Part shown: positions 6,317 through 11,258 of the stretch, piece by piece
How positions within the stretch are numbered: position 1 is the first letter of the stretch
How the letters are laid out: every line of letters begins with the position of its first letter
Source: a bacterium
GTDB taxonomy: Bacteria > Zhuqueibacterota > Zhuqueibacteria > Oceanimicrobiales > Oceanimicrobiaceae
Length of the DNA: 11,258 bases
Reading direction: 5' to 3'
Assembly: GCA_046757165.1 (NCBI GenBank)
Contig: JBHHXT010000158.1
Span: 1-11,258 of the forward strand
Translations under genes and position numbers: made by a program
The notes under the pieces: model-generated
Seen by the model: only the letters and a program-made list of their open reading frames with translations
Database searches by the model: none
What the model was told of the DNA's origin: nothing

Positions 6317-8817
6317 CTCTCGCATTGGATGGTAAACCGAAGATTTCCGTTTTCCTGCAACTGCTGATGGCGCAAACCAATCGAGCGGAAATATCCGGAC
6401 TTTTCCAGAGCCAGCAGAAAATTCGCCAGGGTCATCCCGGCCATCGAACGACTCTGAAAGGCCACCCCATCCAGGGTCAGAACGTCCAGGTAGTGCGTCT
6501 CGCCCGTCTCCGCAGCTTGTCGCTGCTCCGGCGTGATCCGCAGAGAGGTCAGGGTGACGTCGCGCGGAATGAGCTGGCTGATGACTTTCAAATGGCTGGC
6601 CGCACCGTGATGGATTTGGATGGCGTTGAGCTGCTGGTCTAAGCGCTCGAATTGCCGAAAACCTTGCTGCAGGCGTTCGAGCCTCTGCCGGCGCGGCAGG
6701 CTTCGCCCGTACTCTGTGCGCAGTTGTTGAAATTTGCGTTCGACTTTGTTGAGCTGACGGGTGACGTTCTGGGAGAGCAAAACCATGACCAGAACGAACA
6801 GCGGGGCCAGGTATTTCAGCAATCGCCGCAGGACCTGCAAGGGGGGCCACCCGCGCAGCTCCGCGGGCAAGAGATTCAGCTCGCGGTTCTTGTCGAGGGC
6901 CAAACCGATGGCCACGGCAAACCGGGGCCCGGTTTTTCTGATCTGCTCCGCGTTCTCGAATCCCTGCAACGAAATGGTTTCGAAGGGATTGAGTACCGCC
7001 ACCTCTACCTTCAGCTCCCGGGTGAGCCTGGAGCGCAGGTGAGGCATCATCGCGCCCCCGCCGGTCAGGTAGATTTTCTTGATGGCCGGCACCTGGAAGC
7101 GTTCTTTGTAAGAATCGGTGGTGCGCTGAACCTCAGCCGCAAGCCGCTGCAGCACCTGTCCGAAGATGGCAGAGACCTCTACCAGCGGGATGCCGTCGAC
7201 GCTCTCCTCTGGGGTCGGATCGGCCGGAATGCCGTATTTGCGCTTCAACCGTTCCGCCTGCTCTTCGCCGATGGTGATCTCACCGGCCTTCAAAAACAGA
7301 GAGCCGGTCAGGGCGCGGGTGAAATCGGCCCCGGCGGTGGAGATCGCGCGTGCAAACTGCAGCTCACCCTGATTGACAAAAACGATGTGGCTGGAATTCG
7401 CGCCGATGTCGACGACACCATAACACCCGTCTCCATCTTCCTGGACACAGAGGCGAAACACCTGCCACAGGGCAGCCGGAACGGTCGAGATCTTCGCTGG
7501 CACCAAACCGATGCGGCCCAGGATGTCCAGGTGATTGGTGACCCGCTCTTTCTGCACCGCGACCACGAAGATGTGCTTGCCCGCCCCGCTGGCCTTGCCC
7601 GTGCTCCGGATTTTCCTGAACCCGAAAACAGCGGATTCCAGCGGAAAAGGCAAATCTTTGCGGCACGCCCAGGGCACCGCCCGGGACAATTCGCGGCTCG
7701 GCATCTTCGGAAGCCGGATGCTTTTGAAAATCACCTCCATGCCTGAGACCGCTGTCGTGGCCATCGTATTCTTGCAGGTGCTCAGCTCCGGATGTTGGCT
7801 CAGGACCGCGCCCGCAAGATTTTCCCTGTCCTTCGCCTCCGTGGCGCCGTTCGGACGGCCAACCACGAAATTTCCGCAGTTGACCAGCATCAACCGGCGC
7901 GCACTCTGCTGCACGTGGACATATTTTATGGCGCTTGACCCGATATCCAGTCCGAGTAACCTGGTGTCTTCGAAGAGTGAGGCAAGAGAAGAGGGCGCAG
8001 AAAAGAAGCGACGGCCCCCCATCTTATTTCTGGCATGTGGCTGTTCTTTCTCCCGGGCCGGTCTTTCTGGTGGAGTGGATTCCTTTGCCTCAGTATCGGC
8101 TTCATCGTCTTTCGGAGAGCGGGTTTCCTCTGTGTTCTTTTGCGCCCGCGGCCTCGCGGGTTTCTGCCTTTCCGGGGCGTTGCTTTCTTCTCTCAGGTTC
8201 GTGAGCGGTTTCGCTTCAGGAGTATCAATCTTCCCCTCCGATTTGGCCGCGTCCTGGCGGCCTTCGTCTACCGGGGTCTCCGGCTCAGCTCCATATTCTT
8301 TATGAACCTGGCCCTGAATCTGAGCGATGAGTTGCTGGTACTCATCAATGACGTCATGATCTGGGGGGGCATCAGCCCCAGGATCAGGTGTTTGTGCGCC
8401 GGTTTCCGTCCCCTTGCCGGACATGCTGTCGTCATCTTCATCTGCCAGCCGGTCGAGAAACGGGCCTTCGTGGCGCGGGAGCCTCGTTGGCAAGATGAGT
8501 AGATCTTCTGTCAGGTCAGCGAGCAGGTCGTCAAACTCGGCGTCGTGTTCAAACTGCGTCTCAAACAGGTTTGACAGCTCATCATCGTTCTGGTGCGACT
8601 CATCCGCTCCCAGCTTGCGTTTGATTTCCTGGAGCTCGTCTATTGTGAGAGATGGGGGAGACACCACCTCCTGGTCGCGAGACAGACCCGTCCGGTTTCG
8701 GGTCCCCTCGCCAGTGTGCGCTTCGGCGAAACGCATGAGGTCCGCGTCCGGCGCCTCACGCTGTTCTTTTTGTTTTTCCCGGATGAGAAAATCGAGGTCG
8801 AGTTTGTCTTGTTGCAT
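6313..8817 (-). CDS. pilM: PilM-PilN fusion protein with a long acidic N-terminal extension, 834 aa
   Basis: Actin-like PilM motifs LGLDIGSSAIK (~aa 287), VVDIGANSS, IYLTGGGA, VLNPF and FAVAIGLAL are followed in frame by the PilN motif LNLLP (~aa 647), a TM segment, a coiled coil and a PilN-like domain (IPRDVTLTSL...FLLALEKSGYF...LRFTIQCE). The start is uncertain: the RBS is weak and there is an alternative ATG at 8022. Confidence 0.88.
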   Translation of the reverse strand: MQQDKLDLDFLIREKQKEQREAPDADLMRFAEAHTGEGTRNRTGLSRDQEVVSPPSLTIDELQEIKRKLGADESHQNDDELSNLFETQFEHDAEFDDLLADLTEDLLILPTRLPRHEGPFLDRLADEDDDSMSGKGTETGAQTPDPGADAPPDHDVIDEYQQLIAQIQGQVHKEYGAEPETPVDEGRQDAAKSEGKIDTPEAKPLTNLREESNAPERQKPARPRAQKNTEETRSPKDDEADTEAKESTPPERPAREKEQPHARNKMGGRRFFSAPSSLASLFEDTRLLGLDIGSSAIKYVHVQQSARRLMLVNCGNFVVGRPNGATEAKDRENLAGAVLSQHPELSTCKNTMATTAVSGMEVIFKSIRLPKMPSRELSRAVPWACRKDLPFPLESAVFGFRKIRSTGKASGAGKHIFVVAVQKERVTNHLDILGRIGLVPAKISTVPAALWQVFRLCVQEDGDGCYGVVDIGANSSHIVFVNQGELQFARAISTAGADFTRALTGSLFLKAGEITIGEEQAERLKRKYGIPADPTPEESVDGIPLVEVSAIFGQVLQRLAAEVQRTTDSYKERFQVPAIKKIYLTGGGAMMPHLRSRLTRELKVEVAVLNPFETISLQGFENAEQIRKTGPRFAVAIGLALDKNRELNLLPAELRGWPPLQVLRRLLKYLAPLFVLVMVLLSQNVTRQLNKVERKFQQLRTEYGRSLPRRQRLERLQQGFRQFERLDQQLNAIQIHHGAASHLKVISQLIPRDVTLTSLRITPEQRQAAETGETHYLDVLTLDGVAFQSRSMAGMTLANFLLALEKSGYFRSIGLRHQQLQENGNLRFTIQCER

Positions 8818-8960
8818 AAAGCAGCGAGATTATCCCAGGCGACTGCCATGGGCGACCCTGGCACGCCATCGAGGCAAACGAGTGTGACCGCACGTGCAGG
8901 CCAGGGTGTGTATATTGACCGGGCATGTCCGACTTTAGCCAAACTACATGAATGTTTAAA

Positions 8961-8987
8961 GTATCGGCAGGAATTGGGAAGGGTTGA
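8961..8987 (-). promoter_or_regulatory. Sigma28 (FliA/WhiG)-like promoter facing the pil operon
   Basis: Minus-strand TCAA(8987-8984)-N15-GCCGATAC(8968-8961) versus the consensus TAAA/TCAA-N15-GCCGATAA, ~145 nt upstream of the pilMN ATG. Confidence 0.55.
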
Positions 8988-9359
8988 GCAGTATTGAGCA
9001 ATTTTGATCGTGCCACCTCATGGCTGGAAGGGTCCCAAAGGCACCGAAATGACGTGGGGCAAAAACGTATCTTTCCTTTTTGTTATTCAATTTTGTAACA
9101 GGGTGTGTAAGGGGTAGCATTATTACACATTTTGGGTCCGCTTTTGTTTACGCGCCGTAACATCTGCCTCCCTGCTTGCTTTTTGCACTGCGACACACAA
9201 TCTCTTAAATGACAAACCCTTACTCGCTATTCACGACAACGACTTCGTCAGAATGTTAAGAAACAGACAACTGGAACAATTGTTGAACCTGAAAAGAGGC
9301 AGGAAGAACAAAAATGAATGAAAGTTGTCAGACACATGCTTCTTGGAAAGGGAAATACG

Positions 9360-9464
9360 ATGCAGTCCTCATCAAAAAAACAGTCCAACTTCCTGGTCAT
9401 CGCTTTTCTCGTATCATTTGCGTACCTGCTGATTATCTTTTTGATGGATAAAGCTTTGATTTAG
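9360..9464 (+). CDS. Unannotated small single-pass membrane protein (34 aa)
   Basis: ATG 9360 to TAG 9464 encodes MQSSSKKQSNFLVIAFLVSFAYLLIIFLMDKALI. Purine-rich GGAAAGGGAAA lies just upstream, the stop is doubled (TAGTAG), there is a 19-aa uncharged hydrophobic stretch, and a hairpin and terminator follow. In-frame upstream ATGs exist at 9336 and 9318. Confidence 0.6.
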   Translation: MQSSSKKQSNFLVIAFLVSFAYLLIIFLMDKALI

Positions 9465-9486
9465 TAGCCGTTGGTCCTCCCCGATG

Positions 9487-9510
9487 CAATCAGATTGTGG
9501 AATCTGATTG
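9487..9510. repeat. Perfect 10-bp inverted repeat
   Basis: CAATCAGATT-GTGG-AATCTGATTG. Confidence 0.75.
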
Positions 9511-9521
9511 TTAGTAAGCGC

Positions 9522-9561
9522 AAGAGCAGAGTCACGGATTTGTGGCTCTGCTCTTTTTTTT
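9522..9561 (+). terminator. Rho-independent terminator
   Basis: AAGAGCAGAGTCAC-GGATTT-GTGGCTCTGCTCTT is a 14-bp stem with one G-U pair, running into an 8-T tract (9554-9561). Confidence 0.85.
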
Positions 9562-9648
9562 GCCTGAGCCGCTTGCCCCTTTTTTGTCCTTGCTTTAATC
9601 CTGCCCGAATCTTATCTTTTCTCGAATGCAAACTATTTCTCGAGGAAA

Positions 9649-11166
9649 ATGGCTACTCCCGAAGGAACCGAACGCTACTTCAAACGGCTGGCGCACAAGG
9701 ACCTGACGCCAGAGGCCGTCCGCATCTTCGGCAAGACCGGCTTCAAAGTCAGTCGTATCGGCTTTGGCGGCTACCGGATTCACCACAACTCCACCGAACA
9801 TGCCAGGGCGCTGCGCTATGCGCTCCTGAACGGCTTCAATCTCATCGACACCTCCAGCAACTACAGCGACGGCGGCAGTGAGATTCTCATCGGCAATTTG
9901 CTGCAAGAGATGTTCGAACGCCAGGAGCTGAGCCGGGATGAGGTCGTGGTGGTCTCCAAGGTTGGCTACGTGCAGGGCCAGAATATGCGGCTGGCGCAGC
10001 AGGCCGAAGAAGACGGCCAGCCCTTCCCGGAAATGGTCCGCTACGCCGACAATTGCTGGCATTGCCTGCATCCTGATTTTCTGGAGATGCAGCTCAGCCG
10101 GACGCTGGAACGGCTGGCTTTGCCGGCGCTGGATGTCTATTTGCTCCACAATCCGGAATACTTCCTATCGCACGAAAACAAACACAAAGGCGGCGATATC
10201 AAAGCCGCGCACGCAGAGTACGACCGCCGCCTGCAGCAAGCCTTCGAATGGATGGAAGAAAAAGTCGCGCAGGGAAAAATCAAGGCGTATGGGGTTTCCT
10301 CCAACACATTTGTGTATCCGGCTGACGATTTCGAGTTTACCTCGCTCGAGAAGATTCTGCACGCGGCCGCACAGGTGGCCTCTGACAACTATTTTCAAAC
10401 GATACAATTTCCGCTTAATTTGTTTGAAATCGGCGCCTGCGTGGAGGAAAACCAGGAAAACGGCTCGAAGACTTTGCTTCACCTCGCTCGCGAGGCCGGA
10501 CTCGCCACCCTTGTCAGCCGCCCGCTCAACGCCATGTACAACGGTGAATTGGTGCGGCTGGCCAGCTTCCGGGTGACGGACCCGAAAGCCGTCATCGAGA
10601 CCTTCCATACCAAGCTAGCCTCCTTGCAGCGCCTGGAGAATCAATTCAAGCGCGACATCGCCGGTAAACTGCCGGCAGAGGCAAGAGACACCCTGCAAAG
10701 AGTGTTCTCGCTGGCTTCGCAATTTGCCGATGCCCTGTCCCTCTTTCACACTTGGGAGCACTGGGACCACGTGAGACAACAGATGGTCATGCCACAGACG
10801 GCTGCCAGTCTCAATTATGTCAGTGAAAAGCTCCATGGCGAAGAAGCGTGTGCAAAGTGGGCGGAGTCGTATGCTCGAGCGTTCATGCAGATTCTCGACG
10901 CCATTTCCAAAAAATATGAAAATGAGGCGCAAGAGCGCACGTTCAAACTCGCTGGCAAGCTCAAGAGCCTGGAGCCTGGCCTCGCCGATTCCGCCACCCT
11001 GTCCCAGATGGCGCTGCGAGTCCTGACCTCGGTGCCGGAGGTGAACTGTGTCCTTCTGGGCATGCGGAAAACGCCCTATGTGGAGGATGCGTTGGCGGCA
11101 ATGAAAGCGCAGACGATCGAGGAGGCCGTAGATTTGTTGATCGATTTCAATGATGTTCCGAAATAG
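9649..11166 (+). CDS. Aldo/keto reductase family oxidoreductase with a large helical insertion, 505 aa
   Basis: FGKTGFKVSRIGFGGYR, tetrad-bearing motifs NLIDTSSNY (D,Y), VVVSKVGY (K) and DVYLLHNPE (H), plus YGVSSN, QFPLNLFE, LSQMALRVL and VLLGMRK. GAGG precedes the ATG. Confidence 0.9.
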   Translation: MATPEGTERYFKRLAHKDLTPEAVRIFGKTGFKVSRIGFGGYRIHHNSTEHARALRYALLNGFNLIDTSSNYSDGGSEILIGNLLQEMFERQELSRDEVVVVSKVGYVQGQNMRLAQQAEEDGQPFPEMVRYADNCWHCLHPDFLEMQLSRTLERLALPALDVYLLHNPEYFLSHENKHKGGDIKAAHAEYDRRLQQAFEWMEEKVAQGKIKAYGVSSNTFVYPADDFEFTSLEKILHAAAQVASDNYFQTIQFPLNLFEIGACVEENQENGSKTLLHLAREAGLATLVSRPLNAMYNGELVRLASFRVTDPKAVIETFHTKLASLQRLENQFKRDIAGKLPAEARDTLQRVFSLASQFADALSLFHTWEHWDHVRQQMVMPQTAASLNYVSEKLHGEEACAKWAESYARAFMQILDAISKKYENEAQERTFKLAGKLKSLEPGLADSATLSQMALRVLTSVPEVNCVLLGMRKTPYVEDALAAMKAQTIEEAVDLLIDFNDVPK

Positions 11167-11220
11167 GCTTTTAGGCTGTAGGCGCTGATTAGAGCATTGC
11201 GCAAAACCTAACAGCCTAGA

Positions 11221-11248
11221 TTTTTTCGCAGACTTCGCTGCGAAAAAA
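11221..11248. repeat. Perfect 11-bp inverted repeat downstream of the AKR gene
   Basis: TTTTTTCGCAG-ACTTCG-CTGCGAAAAAA. The T-run is 5' of the stem on both strands, so this is not a classical U-tailed terminator. Confidence 0.6.
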
Positions 11249-11258
11249 GTCATTTAGC

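Noticed and set aside
6317..6850. N-terminal 178 aa of the 370-aa ORF 5738..6850
   Set aside because: It overlaps the PilN domain in another frame and is low-complexity P/A/R sequence. The PilO-like sequence begins at ATG 6316, which overlaps the pilMN stop codon.
3609..8887. Long + strand ORFs antisense to the pil operon (e.g. 3609..4280, 4557..5249, 6652..7746, 7535..8305)
   Set aside because: These are typical shadow ORFs of GC-rich coding DNA, with no recognisable motifs and fully opposite well-supported genes.
8997..9015. Sigma54-like TGGCACG...TTGC on the minus strand
   Set aside because: The spacing is GG-N13-GC rather than the strict GG-N10-GC. Other TGGCAC hits (~859, ~896, ~918, ~8859) also fail the spacing rule.
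8818..9648. c-di-GMP or other known riboswitch, tRNA or CRISPR array in the long intergenic region
   Set aside because: No recognisable consensus core, cloverleaf or regularly spaced repeat-spacer pattern was seen by eye; an Rfam scan would be decisive.
9471..11253. ORFs overlapping or antisense to the AKR gene (9471..9881, 9595..10149, 10165..10608, 10615..11253)
   Set aside because: They are shadow frames; 9471..9881 would also cross a strong terminator.

Overview
Bacterial, mostly GC-rich window with AT-richer ends and intergenic patches. From left to right: (1) an AT-rich DUF2281 antitoxin / PemK-MazF toxin pair (+), whose toxin appears to carry a short internal deletion; (2) two hairpins and a BNR/Asp-box beta-propeller ('sialidase-like') lipoprotein (-) with CECC and GCP motifs; (3) a tightly coupled minus-strand type IV pilus alignment/secretin operon encoding a PilM-PilN fusion with a ~285-aa acidic N-terminal extension, PilO, a membrane-anchored PilP-like protein and a PilQ-type secretin, followed by a decayed pilT pseudogene (one frameshift, two in-frame deletions); (4) an ~830-bp divergent intergenic region with a sigma28/FliA-like promoter facing the pil operon, phased repeats, and an unannotated 34-aa single-TM microprotein ORF followed by a perfect hairpin and a strong terminator; (5) a long aldo/keto reductase (+) with a large helical insertion. 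The most unusual element is the pil operon: T2SS-like architecture (fused MN, TM-anchored P), an acidic N-terminal arm, a possible sigma28 promoter and a dead local retraction motor. Family calls come from recalled motifs; no database search was run.
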